DNA of 64,000 nucleotides, taken from assembly GCF_009914755.1 (NCBI RefSeq), contig NC_060934.1, one strand, 5' to 3'. Of the stretch, positions 1 through 24,843 are shown in pieces. The position numbers were made by a program, and so were the translations under genes. Source of the DNA: the human T2T-CHM13v2.0 reference genome, Homo sapiens. Position 1 is the stretch's first letter, and every line of letters starts with the position of its first letter. The notes below the pieces were generated by a model. That model saw nothing but the letters and a program-made list of their open reading frames with translations, had not been told where the DNA came from and did no database searches.

Positions 1-575
1 GAGTAGGCAACCAGACTAAGACCCTGTCTGGAAAAAAAAAATCCTTTAAGCAGGTAGCTGTTCGTTTTTTGTGTTCCAAAAACTTCTTCAAGTTGTTTTT
101 AAAATAATTGAACATTTGAGCTTTTATGTAGTGCTTATAAAATGTTCTTTATAAGACTTGACTAGAATTGATAGGTAATATTCAGAAGTTAAGCAGGACA
201 TTCCAGATTTGTTAGGGAGAATTATTAATCATATCCCCTCACCCCACCAAAAGAAAAACAGCAGTGAGGTGTGACTTAATCACAAAGGACTCCATCTGCC
301 TTTGTGCCTCAATTTAGAGCTTATATTTTAAACTGCTTTTCTCTATGTGGCTTCTGAATATAATACATATCCTGATTGGCAATCATGGACTTCAGTCTAC
401 CTCTGTAGAGTAACATCTCTTTGAAAAACTCTCATGTTGAACTTTATATGGGCCATAACTCATTTTCTGATAGCCCAATCACATATTTCTCCATATCATT
501 AAAATCTAAGCATCCATATGTGTATGATGTGGTAGCATACATAATTTACTTTTATTGATATAAAAGTAACAGTAA

Positions 576-916
<341 letters not shown>

Positions 917-1104
917 CTAGTTTGATAGGGAAGTAATTTTATGACCTTGGGCCATTTTCACAAAGAAATGAGATCTAAGTTTCAGAACTTGACTGTCTTC
1001 TTTAAAACACCACATTTTACATGTTTCAAGACGATTACCTAGATTTTGGGGGGAGAGATGTGGATTAGATTTGGAGACCATCTCACCAGATTTTGACATT
1101 TCAG

Positions 1105-1223
1105 GTTAGTACTCCAGTAGTTAAGCAAGGACCAGTGTCACAGTCAGCCACACAGCAGCCTGTAACTGCTGACAAGCAGCAAGGTCATGAACCTGTCTCT
1201 CCTCGAAGTCTTCAGCGCTCAAG
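1105..1223 (+). CDS. WAC: WAC coding exon (4th from last), [39 protein letters not shown]
   Basis: ttTCAG acceptor at 1101-1104, AG|GTAGGT donor at 1224; open frame; peptide recognised as WAC; ends in phase 2, matching the next exon. Confidence 0.95.
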
Positions 1224-1865
1224 GTAGGTTGATATTGTATATTGAGACCACATTGTTTTATTTAATGATGGTACACTGCATTGTTTGAATATTATATCTG
1301 TAAAATAGAACTTAACCTTTAAACTCCATGAATACCCTAAAGTAGGCTTACATGTTGTAAAATTTACAAAGACAAACCTGTATACAAGAGGTAGGTTATT
1401 GTCTCTAGTAGTGAAGCCCGGGTTATTTTGAAGAAAGTGGCTCTTTAAAATTTTACACAGTGGAATATGACGGGGCTAAAGATTTGTGATACTTGTACCA
1501 GAAAGGCACACGATTTTACAATATTTGTTGGAATTACCTTACTTTTTAACCTCCTCATAGCAGTTTTGGTTTGAGTATATTGATGAAAGCCAAAGTCTGG
1601 TATCTAAAACTTGGGCCAATGTTTCCCAACTGGTATATGTCAGGCTTTCCCAATAGCTTAACTGTGACCCTATACGGATGGCTTTTTAGATAGTTCTATA
1701 CTGCTGTATTGTGTTAGCACTTTTCTTTGTTCATTAACAACACAACTTTAAATGACATTTGTTGAATGAATGGTTTTCATTTGATTGATTTTCCTGTTTT
1801 TTATTTCATGCTATGAGGTAGCAAAATAATTCAACTGTTGTTTTTATTGTTGTTTTCTAAACAAG

Positions 1866-2130
1866 CATTTCAGAACTTACACCTCCAAATGAGAGTTGTT
1901 CCCTTCAAAATAATGACCTTGGGAAGCTGTCTACTTACTCCAGCAATGTTGCCATTGCTCTGAACATTTTTGGGAAATTCTTCTTTTAAATTGTTTTTAG
2001 AGGCTGCAGTATTATTTTAAATATCCTCAGTGATGAAAACTCTTCATCCTTTGGGAGATTTAGTTTTTGGAAATAACTGAAATTCATTCAGAGCCAAGTC
2101 TGGTGAAGCAGGTAGGAGATCAACTTGGGT
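1866..2130 (-). mobile_element. MARNA-like mariner DNA transposon fossil
   Basis: Minus strand reads SPDLALNEFQLFPK (mariner YSPDLAPxD motif) and QKCSEQWQHCWSK. Confidence 0.8.
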
Positions 2131-2710
2131 GATTAAATTTTTTGGTTCTCACCACCATATCCCCAACCCTGGCCCAAACCATTCAGTTTTAAAAGAAGAT
2201 AAAGAATCTCAGAGTGTTATTTTTTTGGTTTTGTTTTGCCACTGTGCTTGTTCAGTGCTATCCAATAAAATGTCTGTATTTTGCTTCACATTATTTCACC
2301 CTCTGATTCAGCAGTTCTGACGTTGAACAAAGGCAATATATATTTTCCCCTTATCTAGATGTGTATGAGCAGTCTTCAGATGTGCATCTACAGCTGTTAA
2401 AATGTGACTTTTTTTAGTTATATTATTAGTGTTTGTGGTACACAAAGTTAACAGGTTCTGCTCTCAGATTTGGAGAGTAGTTTACATTTGACTCTGACAG
2501 TAGTGTTAAAAGGGTTTTTTCCCCCTAAAGTGTTTTGAGGAATCATATACTTTGGATTATTAATTCTCTTTATTTGACATTAAAATAACAAATTTTTCTT
2601 AGGAATTTGGATATCTTTAAGTTAATAAAAGGTATTAACATGCAGTTTCTAGGATAAGGATACCCAGAAACTACTTTTAAACATACTACACATTCAATTC
2701 TGTTTTCTAG

Positions 2711-2900
2711 TAGCCAGAGAAGTCCATCACCTGGTCCCAATCATACTTCTAATAGTAGTAATGCATCAAATGCAACAGTTGTACCACAGAATTCTTCTGC
2801 CCGATCCACGTGTTCATTAACGCCTGCACTAGCAGCACACTTCAGTGAAAATCTCATAAAACACGTTCAAGGATGGCCTGCAGATCATGCAGAGAAGCAG
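2711..2900 (+). CDS. WAC: WAC coding exon (3rd from last), [63 protein letters not shown]
   Basis: ttttcTAG acceptor (alternative TAG 3 nt downstream), CAG|GTATGT donor; 1+189 nt keeps frame. Confidence 0.95.
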
Positions 2901-3333
2901 GTATGTTATGTACAGCCTAGATTTTACCTTTGGATGATTAGCAAAACAGAATTTAATCAACTTCTAGAGAATCTAATGTGACCACTGAATTCAAGCAATA
3001 TTTAAAATAATGAATCTCTAACTTTGTAGTCATTTAAAAAATATTTGATATATAAGATAACTTTTCTGGTTTTACAAAATATTTTAACATAATTATAGGC
3101 ACTGTTGTCAAGTACTCAGCAGTTAGCTCAGTGCTTAATGCCTTATATTTATTTTCTCTACTTCTTAAAACAGCTAAGCAGTGTAGATAGAGTTGAAGTC
3201 CTTAAGACCAAATAGTGCATAAGACCTTGATCCCAGGGTCACCCAGTTAACAGTGATGTGGCTCAAAGCCAGTGTACTTTTTCCACTCAGCTTCTCTGAT
3301 AGTTTCAGATTCCATTAGCACTGTTAATCTACT

Positions 3334-3637
3334 GGCCAAGCGCAGTGGCTCATACCTGTAATCCCAACACTTTGGGAGGCCAAGGCAGGTGGATCACTTG
3401 AGGCCAGCCAGGAGTTCGAGACCAGTCTGACCAACATGGTGAAACCCCATCTCTAACCACAAGTATAAAAATTAGCCAGGCATGGTGGCATGCACCTGTA
3501 ATTACAGCTACTCGGGAGCCTGAGGCACCAGAATTACGTGAACCCAGGAGGCAGAAGTTGCAGTGAGCCGAGATTGCACCACTGTACTCCAGCCTGGGTG
3601 ACACAGTGAGACTCTGTCTCAAAAAAACAAAAAAAAA
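3334..3637 (+). mobile_element. AluS, WAC intron
   Basis: Dimeric Alu sequence with A-tail. Confidence 0.9.
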
Positions 3638-4194
3638 CCCCACTTAATTTTCTATGACTCTCTCACTAGACTAGCAACTGGAAGTTAGGAAACATTTTTG
3701 CTTTGGGATGAGAGACCTTAGGACATTCCAGTTACTGCCATTTGCCTCTTGCTTTTTATCAGATAACTGACCATCTGGGGTGTTCGAAAGTTTACAGAGA
3801 ATATGTTGTGTGTCTTACGATAGAGGAGTATAGTGAGGCTCTTGAATCAATATCTAATACCTGAACTTGCAGAAATGACAATCTCTTTGGCTGACCCAGC
3901 ATCTTTTATTAACCACAAATTATGAGTCCTTTCTTAGTGCTGTATTAGCTTCAGGTTGGAAATCCTATTTTCTCCAACTTAGAAGAGAAATATTAAAATA
4001 AGTACCTTCCACCCTTAGAGACAGTTTCTTAAAACAAATTAATTTTCCCCATTAGGTTCACCAGCATTTTTGTGTATTGAAGGGAAAAGGATTATTCTCT
4101 AATCCTAGTATAAAATTGTACTCAGAAATTTAATGTTTTATTTTGTGTATGTTAATGTTTATATTTTATGTTTTCTTCATTTCTTTAATTACAG

Positions 4195-4322
4195 GCATCA
4201 AGATTACGCGAAGAAGCGCATAACATGGGAACTATTCACATGTCCGAAATTTGTACTGAATTAAAAAATTTAAGATCTTTAGTCCGAGTATGTGAAATTC
4301 AAGCAACTTTGCGAGAGCAAAG
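4195..4322 (+). CDS. WAC: WAC penultimate exon, [42 protein letters not shown](R)
   Basis: T-rich tract + ACAG acceptor, AG|GTAAGT donor; 128 nt, ends in phase 2. Confidence 0.96.
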
Positions 4323-5518
4323 GTAAGTCTTTCACTGAAATATATTTTTATGTTTCTCAGGATTATGATTCTTAAATCGAACTAAAGAATGTAAATCACA
4401 TTTTATTTATGAAATGTAAAGTTCTCTTCGATACATTGATCACATTCTATCACTGCATTTTCATAAGTTAATATTTCTCGTGAAGGATAAAGCCTGTCGA
4501 TTTTCTCTTAACCCATGATGAATGCTTCATTAGACTTTTCTCATAACTCCATAAGCTGCAATAATATATTACTGAAAAAATGAAATATTGACCACAACTA
4601 ATTATAAATGTCCTCTCTTGCTGAGGGTGTTTCCATTGAAATTTCAGATTATTTGTCCTTGCATCATCAATAGATCCCTTGAAAAGTATAGAAAGAATTT
4701 GTCTAGCAAGTTTAGTGTATCTGCTGTCTTAGTATTTTTCACCTGAACTCTTGTCTTGCATTTCTTAATCTAGTGTTTCACTCAAGTAGAATATCTAGGT
4801 CACAATAATAATAGCATAGGTATTATTTTTTAATGCCTATTACAGAATTGAGGACAAACTTGGCAATGGCTTTATGTCCTGTCTGTGCAAGTCACAGAGT
4901 TACAGGTCGATTGAATCTTGTCAAGAAACCATAAATATTTAGTAAATACCAAATGGAGTTTATAGTACAACTTGAAAAAGTAAGTTTATTTACAGTTACT
5001 AAAATATCTGGAGGTACTCTCTGAGTAACAACTTGGGTTCTTATAGTCAGATTGCTCTGAAAGTAGTTCTAACAAACTTCATTTTGGCTTGTTACATCAT
5101 TCGACTTTTGGGAAATTATTCATTATTGCATCTTAGGAAAACAGTATATACAGTCAAATATCAAGCCAGCCTGATTATGCCTAATTCATGTGTACAGGCA
5201 ATAAATATTATAGTTCCCAGAAGAGAAGAGTAAAAACAGGAAATATTTTTACGTTCATGGGAATCTGGGTAACTGGGGTTTGTGTGTTTCAACTTTTGGT
5301 TTTTGGCTTCATTTTTATGTACCTACATCTACATTGAGAATTGCTCTTCTAAATGATTAATCTCTTACACCTGGTTAATTCTACTCTTTACTGTATAGTG
5401 GGCCAGAAAACATGCAGTATAGGTTTATTTCATGTATAATAGCTACTGCTTTCTTTATTGTGATGATACGGTTTATAAAGTAATACATTTTAAGTTGTTA
5501 GAGCCAAAGGAATTATTA

Positions 5519-5839
<321 letters not shown>

Positions 5840-6074
5840 GTTGTTTGAAAACTAAAACATCCTTTCATCATCCTTATACTTTAATAGATATTATGTATTA
5901 AATGTTTACTTTGTCTTAACTGTAAACCAATTTATAGTTAAATAATTTTTTAAATTTCTTTGCCTTAATTAGAAATCACTTGTTTTAATTTAAAAAATTT
6001 TAATTATAAAAGCTCGGGTTTTCTGTAATATTTGTATATGTACACAGGTTCTAATGTCTGCTTTTTTTTTTCAG

Positions 6075-6144
6075 GATACTATTTTTGAGACAACAAATTA
6101 AGGAACTTGAAAAGCTAAAAAATCAGAATTCCTTCATGGTGTGA
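6075..6144 (+). CDS. WAC: WAC terminal coding exon, (R)ILFLRQQIKELEKLKNQNSFMV* (coiled-coil C-terminus)
   Basis: poly-T + TCAG acceptor; TGA at 6142-6144; matches WAC C-terminus. Confidence 0.96.
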
Positions 6145-7052
6145 AGATGTGAATAATTGCACATGGTTTTGAGAACAGGAACTGTAAATCTGTTGCCCAA
6201 TCTTAACATTTTTGAGCTGCATTTAAGTAGACTTTGGACCGTTAAGCTGGGCAAAGGAAATGACAAGGGGACGGGGTCTGTGAGAGTCAATTCAGGGGAA
6301 AGATACAAGATTGATTTGTAAAACCCTTGAAATGTAGATTTCTTGTAGATGTATCCTTCACGTTGTAAATATGTTTTGTAGAGTGAAGCCATGGGAAGCC
6401 ATGTGTAACAGAGCTTAGACATCCAAAACTAATCAATGCTGAGGTGGCTAAATACCTAGCCTTTTACATGTAAACCTGTCTGCAAAATTAGCTTTTTTAA
6501 AAAAAAAAAAAAAAATTGGGGGGGTTAATTTATCATTCAGAAATCTTGCATTTTCAAAAATTCAGTGCAAGCGCCAGGCGATTTGTGTCTAAGGATACGA
6601 TTTTGAACCATATGGGCAGTGTACAAAATATGAAACAACTGTTTCCACACTTGCACCTGATCAAGAGCAGTGCTTCTCCATTTGTTTTGCAGAGAAATGT
6701 TTTTCATTTCCCGTGTGTTTCCATTTCCTTCTGAAATTCTGATTTTATCCATTTTTTTAAGGCTCCTCTTTATCTCCTTTCTTAAGGCACTGTTGCTATG
6801 GCACTTTTCTATAACCTTTTCATTCCTGTGTACAGTAGCTTAAAATTGCAGTGATTGAGCATAACCTACTTGTTTGTATAAATTATTGAAATCCATTTGC
6901 ACCCTGTAAGAATGGACTTAAAAGTACTGCTGGACAGGCATGTGTGCTCAAAGTACATTGATTGCTCAAATATAAGGAAATGGCCCAATGAACGTGGTTG
7001 TGGGAGGGGAAAGAGGAAACAGAGCTAGTCAGATGTGAATTGTATCTGTTGT

Positions 7053-7058
7053 AATAAA
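7053..7058 (+). terminator. Proximal poly(A) signal AATAAA
   Basis: AATAAA with TGTA upstream and a GT/T-rich element ~25 nt downstream (ttgttatttttcttttcc). Confidence 0.7.
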
Positions 7059-7495
7059 CATGTTAAAACAAACAAAAATTGTTATTTTTCTTTTCCTTCG
7101 GTCAGTGCACATTAGCATTTGAACTACCTGGGGATTCTTTATCAGAACTGTTCTTGTTGAATATTTATACTTAATTGAAATAATTCCTTAAGGGAGGTTT
7201 TGTTTAAAACGTATTAACAGGAAATTGTGTATGAGATATTTAATGAAATAAGAAATTCAACAAGAATGATTAAGTCACTTCCCAAGTGGTTGTCATTTGT
7301 TAAACCCTGGTTTACCTGTCTTGCTATTATGACATTTCATTTGGAAGGATGTTTGTGTTGTAGCTAACTGTTCAAGTCTGGTGCTGACTGCTGTTCTTAG
7401 CCATCACAAAACGCTAAATTTGTGTAATTGGAGCTTCCTGCTGTTATCTGGAAATAGCAGGAAAGCGCAGCTTTGTATATTGTTTCCTAAAGTAT

Positions 7496-7506
7496 ATTAA
7501 AATAAA
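7496..7506 (+). terminator. Overlapping ATTAAA/AATAAA poly(A) signal
   Basis: attaaaataaa followed by a T-rich stretch at ~7542. Confidence 0.5.
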
Positions 7507-8379
7507 AAAAGAAACTATTGCTACTATAAAATTACCTTGACTTTTTTTTTCCTTTGCTGAAATATTAGTCACATAGCCTTAGCTTCACACTGCCAGTAAT
7601 GTATCAAATCACAAGGGTTTCCGCATGAAAAAAATCTTTTCTTCCCCCACAAAAAAACCTTTACCATCAAAATCTTGCCATCTGATTTAGAAAGGTGTTT
7701 TTTCTTCTTCTTCTTTTTTTTTTTTTAAATTGGTTTAGGGTTTTTTGGTGATTTTTTTTTTTTTTTTTTTCTGTTGGGGCAGATAAGTGCTTCCAAAACT
7801 GGCAGCACCAAGGGCTTATTTTTTATGTTAGACATCAATGTCAATGTTACTACATTCTCGGATGCTAACATAAATTTTGAAATTGCTCTTGTGCTTTAAG
7901 CATATATTGAAAGTATGGAAGTTAAATGTTCAGGCTTTTCAGTAAGCTCAAAAAGTTAACTGTAAGCGATAGTGTTGTTGTTTTCTAAAATACAAAAATG
8001 TTCCAGTGTAATTAAAAGGAATTAAAATCTTGAAGATATTTTCCTGTAATTTAAGGATACTTTTTAAATGTAAGAAAAGACATGTCATTAATTTATTGTC
8101 ATGTTTATACCTCTGTGAGATTGTTAACATCTGCTGAATTTAACTAGTGCATGTAAATGAAACCCCAAAGAGCTGTGTGTTCAGCTAGAAACCTTACTGT
8201 ATCTTTCCTGGAAAGAAGTGAGCAATTTGTTGTAATAGGCAAATGTTTCCTGATCAGATGGCAATTTGTGATTTAGGTAAATTTGAATTTGATTTGCTTA
8301 TAGTCTACTGGTCTGTGTACCTATGTTTTGTTTTTCAAAAAAGTTTACATCCCTAAATGAATTAGTCACATATATTTAG

Positions 8380-8892
<513 letters not shown>

Positions 8893-8960
8893 TTAGATAC
8901 TTTGAAAATAGAAGTACTGAATAGCCTCTAGGGAACTTGAGTGGCCTTTCCCTCCCCCTG

Positions 8961-8982
8961 CCCCCCCCCCCCCCCCCCCCCC
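8961..8982. repeat. Poly(C)22 tract
   Basis: Direct count, preceded by further C-runs. Confidence 0.95.
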
Positions 8983-9530
8983 GTTTTAAAAGATCAGTAG
9001 TCTCTATTCAAACTTTTAAAATGTCGTGGTATTGTAACAATATATTTGATGAAAGAAGGTTACAGACTCCCCTGAAGAACCAGCTTTCCTACGCTTTTTA
9101 TTTTTCTAACTTGTCTAACCTGATTTTAAAATGACTGCAATTCCAGACTAAAAACATGCTTCAGCCCTGTTTCAAGACATTATGCTTCTTTTAACAGTCC
9201 AAATTAGTAGTTTTATTTTTCTTCTAAATCTTTGTTTCACACTTGTAAAATCTTGGGAAGGAGGTTCTTAAAACTTTGCCAGGAATTGTTACCCATTTCC
9301 AAAAACAGTTTATTATGTTCAAAAACCACCATATCTTTGAGGGACTGTTTGAAAGGGGAGAGGGCAACGCGGGAAATAATTCACTCTGCGCACCGGAACT
9401 ATTGTAGTTCAGGACTTCCAGCTACTGTATTTAGATGTTGGGTTTGAATATACAGATTTCTTTTCAATACCTGTAAATATGGCTATATTCTTGTATTTGT
9501 ACGGGAGTGTACAAAATGACACTGAAAAGT

Positions 9531-9536
9531 AATAAA
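9531..9536 (+). terminator. Distal poly(A) signal AATAAA (variant AATACA at 9625-9630 also plausible)
   Basis: Four TGTA CFIm motifs upstream (9472, 9492, 9498, 9508); GT-rich downstream. Confidence 0.65.
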
Positions 9537-9779
9537 TATGTTTTGACTATATTGTGCAGTTATTTCAGAACTGTGTTTTGAAAGTCTTAGAATGCATAAT
9601 TTGCATTTGAGTAAGGAAATTTAAAATACAGATTACTGCTGAGATTTTAATCAGTCGGTGTGTTTCAATAGTCTCTGAAACATTTTAGTGAAAATTATGA
9701 CGTAAAATTGGGATTCTTTAGGTCCTGCTCTAATTTGCGGTACCCTCCTTTTCCTGATCACGACCTTTGATAGTGCCCT

Positions 9780-10610
9780 AAAGTGCAGCCTGTCTAGAAG
9801 ATCTCATCCAGGCTCTTGGCTCTAAAAACCCCTTCATGTGCTACTTTACATCCCGATTATCTCCAGCCCTGATCTCTTTGAGTTCCCAAAAACAGTCCAC
9901 TTAGATGCTTTCCTTAACACGGCATGCACTCCAAAAAGAACTCACGGTTTGTGCCTCAGATTATTCTCTTTTAGTTTTTTAGTAATTGACACCATCATTG
10001 TTAAAGTTGCCCAAAACCCAGATCAAGTCATCCTTCTTTTCTAACACTCGATATTTAATCCATCAAGACCCACAAGCTCTTTGAAAATGTTTCCTTAATG
10101 TTCACCTCTCTAGTCCAATCCACGATCATCTTTGAACCAAATCCCTGCCACAACCTCCTAACCTTTCTGCTTCTACTCAGATCTCCCAAGGTTTTCTCCA
10201 CCCCACCTCCGCACACACACAACCTGTTCTCCACCAGGCTGTTCTGTTCATAATCCTGCAATGATTCACACTCAGAATAAAACCCAGAGCTCATACCATG
10301 GCTTGCGTGTTCAAGCCCCTGGTTATTGCCACGTTTTCATCGCTGCAGTCTCTCCTTGCAGGTTTGCTTTCCTCTGCCTAGAAAGCTCGTGATAGAAATT
10401 GGTACAGCTTGCTGCCCCTTTATCAGTCTCCTCAAAGAGGCCGTTCCTGGGCCAGGTGCAGTGGCTTACCCTTGTAATCCTAGCACTTGGGAGGTCAAGG
10501 TGGAAGGATTGCTTGAGCTTGAGTTTGAGACCAGCCTTAGTGAGACTTTTTTTGTTTTTTAGCCTTTGCTGATGGCTCAGACCATCTAAAAACACCTCCA
10601 TCACTCTTCA
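9780..10610 (-). mobile_element. Degenerate L2 fragment with an Alu monomer (~10449-10548) inside
   Basis: L2-like phrases (atctccagccctgatctct, ctcagaataaaaccca); boundaries approximate. Confidence 0.55.
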
Positions 10611-11764
10611 CTCAGGTTTTCTTCGAAAGAACACCAGATGTGTTGAGTGAATTGTGAATGTTTAAAGGGCTTTGGACGAATCTGAACCTGTGAAGATGTA
10701 AAAAGGTTAATGAATTTTTTTTCTTCGTTTTGATTTTGGTCCCCTCACCTTGAGAGATGGAAGAGGAACAGCAAGTAGCATTTTTTTAAAAAAAATGATT
10801 ACACTTTACGATTGATCACCAAAACCTAACTGCAAACCTGTCCTAAATTGTTAGCATATGTAGTCTCTAAGCAAGGGTAACCAACTAAACCGGTAATCAT
10901 AGCCTAAGAGGGACCAGTAAGCATATTCCTAAGAGGAACACGTTTTAGGAGTAAATAAGCCAATGAGAAATGAGATGCTGCTTCTGATGCGACAATCCTG
11001 GGGAGATGGACTGGTAGGAGGAAGTGACCCTGCTTCTAAAGCCAGGATTGGGTGAGGCATGGGGGTTGGAGATTGGCCTGGTTTCACTAGGTCACCTGGT
11101 TTCACAGGTTTCACCTGTGGTTTAGAAGATGCTTTGACATCCAACCAGCCCCCTTCTGACTTCTAGAACAGGAACCAGGCACTCATCACATTCTAAGCTG
11201 TGTCACTAATGGAACATCTGTACTACCCATACCCATCTTAAAGGAAAAAGGCTAGGATGTAAGAATTGCCTGCCTTTGCAATGGATGGGAAGATTAAGAT
11301 TGAACAGAACTTGATGCCATTGTTTTTCCCCATAAATGAGCTTCCTTTTTTAAGATGCCTTCTGTTAATTGCCCAATTTGATCAGCGTATCTAAGTGTGC
11401 TAGTATGAACTGTTTCTTACACTTTTAGGCAGTTCAAGGGCTTTATCTTGGGACAACAGAATGTAAGGACAGTGATTTTTGTCATTTTTGTGACTTATGT
11501 ATCCCCATCACCTAGAAGAATCAACACACGTTGGAGAATCAACAGATATTTGTCAATAAGCCTTTTAAATTTCACGTTTTGCCCCACATTTTGATGCCTT
11601 GACATTTTATTACCTTTATGAACTAAAAAAGTGATAAGCTGAAAATACTACCATGGTTGGTGAGGGCTCTCACTTTTAAGATGTCAAGAGTCGTTTCAGG
11701 CTACACTTGTCTGTATCTTCACAAGCACAAGAGTTCCAAAGATACTACCTAAAATACAGTGGTG

Positions 11765-12967
<1,203 letters not shown>

Positions 12968-14262
12968 TAAATGTGCAAAAAACTTTCCAGTTTGAACACA
13001 GTGTGAATTGCCTTCAAGAAATCTCACAGGGATGACATCATAACAGTGGAGCCCTGCAGGCAGGCCTGGGACAAAAAGATGCAGATCTGGGGAAGGAGAG
13101 GCTTCATTACAAAATCCTTTTCACTGCTTTTCCCTCAGTGGGGTTTCCAATTATGTGAACCAATTGCAAAATTTTTTCAACATTTACTTTGGTTAAATGC
13201 ATGTCTCCCAGAAGAATTTGTCAGATGACGGGAGCGATTAACTTCAGAAATGGACGCACTCTCTGGTTCCCACGATCCTAGTGAGATCTTTTCATTCTAC
13301 TTCTTCCACACATGCCCGTTCCCCTCTGCCCCAACCCTGCAAGACAAGATATCAACTAGCACTTTGGGAACCTTAATCGAGTCTCTTCACCTATTGTTAT
13401 TTTCCATGTGGACTTTGCTGGAGCTAGCATTTCCTGCTTTAGTGTAAAAACAGAAAAGTGTTAGAAAAGCCGCTGGTAGAGAATGAAGGTGAGAACCTAG
13501 GAAGAGAAATGTGTCTGTGTCCAGCACTAGAGGAAGGAACTGAGCTGTTACCATGTAGTTGAACCAGGAAAGAGGAAAACTGTGCCTGGGGACAAGGTCA
13601 ATGCAAACTGCAGAGCAAATGTCAAGCCTTTCCACTGATGCCTTGGCAGCCATTCATCATGGGGACCCCCTTGTCTGCATCCTCTCTGCTTCCAAAGAAT
13701 CACTGATGATGGTCAATAGGAGGTTCTTGCTGCAAATCACTCTGGTGAATTGCATTTAATGCCGTGTAAGAATTACCATGTTTTGTTTGGCTGGGGCCAC
13801 TGAACTTCTCAGGCAGGGGAAGACTGCATATCTCCAAGAAGGTTTAATGCTACCATTGAGTTTCTTGGCTGGAATCCATCCCACATCATTCAGCTTGCTC
13901 GTTAGCACCATGCAGTGCCTAGGAGTCCCACTCATATGGAAGGGCACTCATGTCAGCTTTTCTAAGTGTGGATGTTTGACATTCCAGCTGTCTCTCCTCT
14001 CTCCTCACTCAACAGTGATGCTGTGACTTCTTATTTTGAAAAATATCAAACGTATAAAAAGTTGAAAGAACTATACAGTGAGCACCTACTCGTATATTCC
14101 CCACTGAGATTCAATGATTAACGTGGTCCTATTTCTCTACCTCTCTTTCTCTGTCTCTGTATGCTCTTTTGTTTGAACCATTTGAAAGCCAATTGTAGAA
14201 ACGGTGGGACATACCCCTACACACTTTAGTGTGACTCTCCTAAGAATAAAGCCATCATCCTA

Positions 14263-19955
<5,693 letters not shown>

Positions 19956-20018
19956 AAGGAGAAGTCATCAAGAGAATTAACATCATTAACTAGTCACTTG
20001 TTTTTGCATCAATGACTG

Positions 20019-20452
20019 TGTGTTAGGCCGTTCTTACATTGCTGTAAAGAAATACCTGATACTGGGTAACTTATCAAGAAAAGAGGTTTCACTGGCTCAC
20101 AGTTCTGCAGGCTGTATAGGAAGCGTGATGCCGACATCTTCTCGACTTCTGGGGAGGCCTCAGGAATCTTACAATCATGGCGGAAGGTGAAGCGGGGGCA
20201 GGCATGTCACACGGCAAAAGCAGGAGCAAGTGAGATTGAGGGTGGGGGCAGAGGGAGGTCCCACACACTTTTAAATGACCAGATCTCGTGTGAACTCAGA
20301 GCGAGAGCTCACTTATCGCCAAGGGCATAGCCCGAGCCATTCATGAGGAATCCACCCCCATGATCCAAACACCTCCCCAGGCCCCACCTCCAAAGTTGGG
20401 AATTACATTTCAACATGAGATTTGGGCCAGGGCAAATACCAAAACTGTGTCA
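20019..20452 (-). mobile_element. MST-family (MaLR) solo LTR
   Basis: TG...CA termini, 5-bp TSD GACTG (20014-20018 / 20453-20457), MST consensus phrases. Confidence 0.85.
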
Positions 20453-21098
20453 GACTGTTCACGCGCTACATTTCTCTTATCTTTCAGCTTTCCATTCCAG
20501 GTCAGTTTGTTTATTTAGCCAGGGCTACCATGCATGACTCAGATAGGAGCAGCTACCCAGCAAGCTGGTGGTGCCCAGTCAATGGTAACGAGCCTCGGAA
20601 ATGCCCAACCACCTTGTAATGGCAATTACAAACATGCTTCTTGGGCTGAAAAGGCAGATTAAAAGGTTCAATCATTTATCAAATACCTACCATATATTAG
20701 GTGGTTGTATATAATAATCTCTATAACCAAACAAAGCCACAACCCTGTGGGGTTGTCATTCACCTGCCCAAGCAGTCATTGGGTGGTTGGGAGGTTAAGC
20801 CCGGATTTTACCGCCTATGTGTTCTCTGATACGGAGCCACATCGGAGAGGCTGCATTCAGGGAGTTCTCCTGCCCTTTCTCCTGTTTTCTTCCATCTTTG
20901 GGACCAGTTTAATTTCAGTCGTGCAATTATCTCTGAGATTCAGATGTACCTATGAATTAGGAGAAAGGAATATTTTCACAAGAGACTCTAGGACTCACAG
21001 GCAGGAGCACAAGCATAGTGGCTTCAACGCCCAAGTGACAAGGTGTCATGCCTATTGGTAAAGAGAGACGGATTTTTTGCTCATTCATTCAAAAAAAA

Positions 21099-24843
<3,745 letters not shown>

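Noticed and set aside
6123-6752. ORFs overlapping the WAC stop and 3'UTR
   Set aside because: Short, no homology or splice/promoter support
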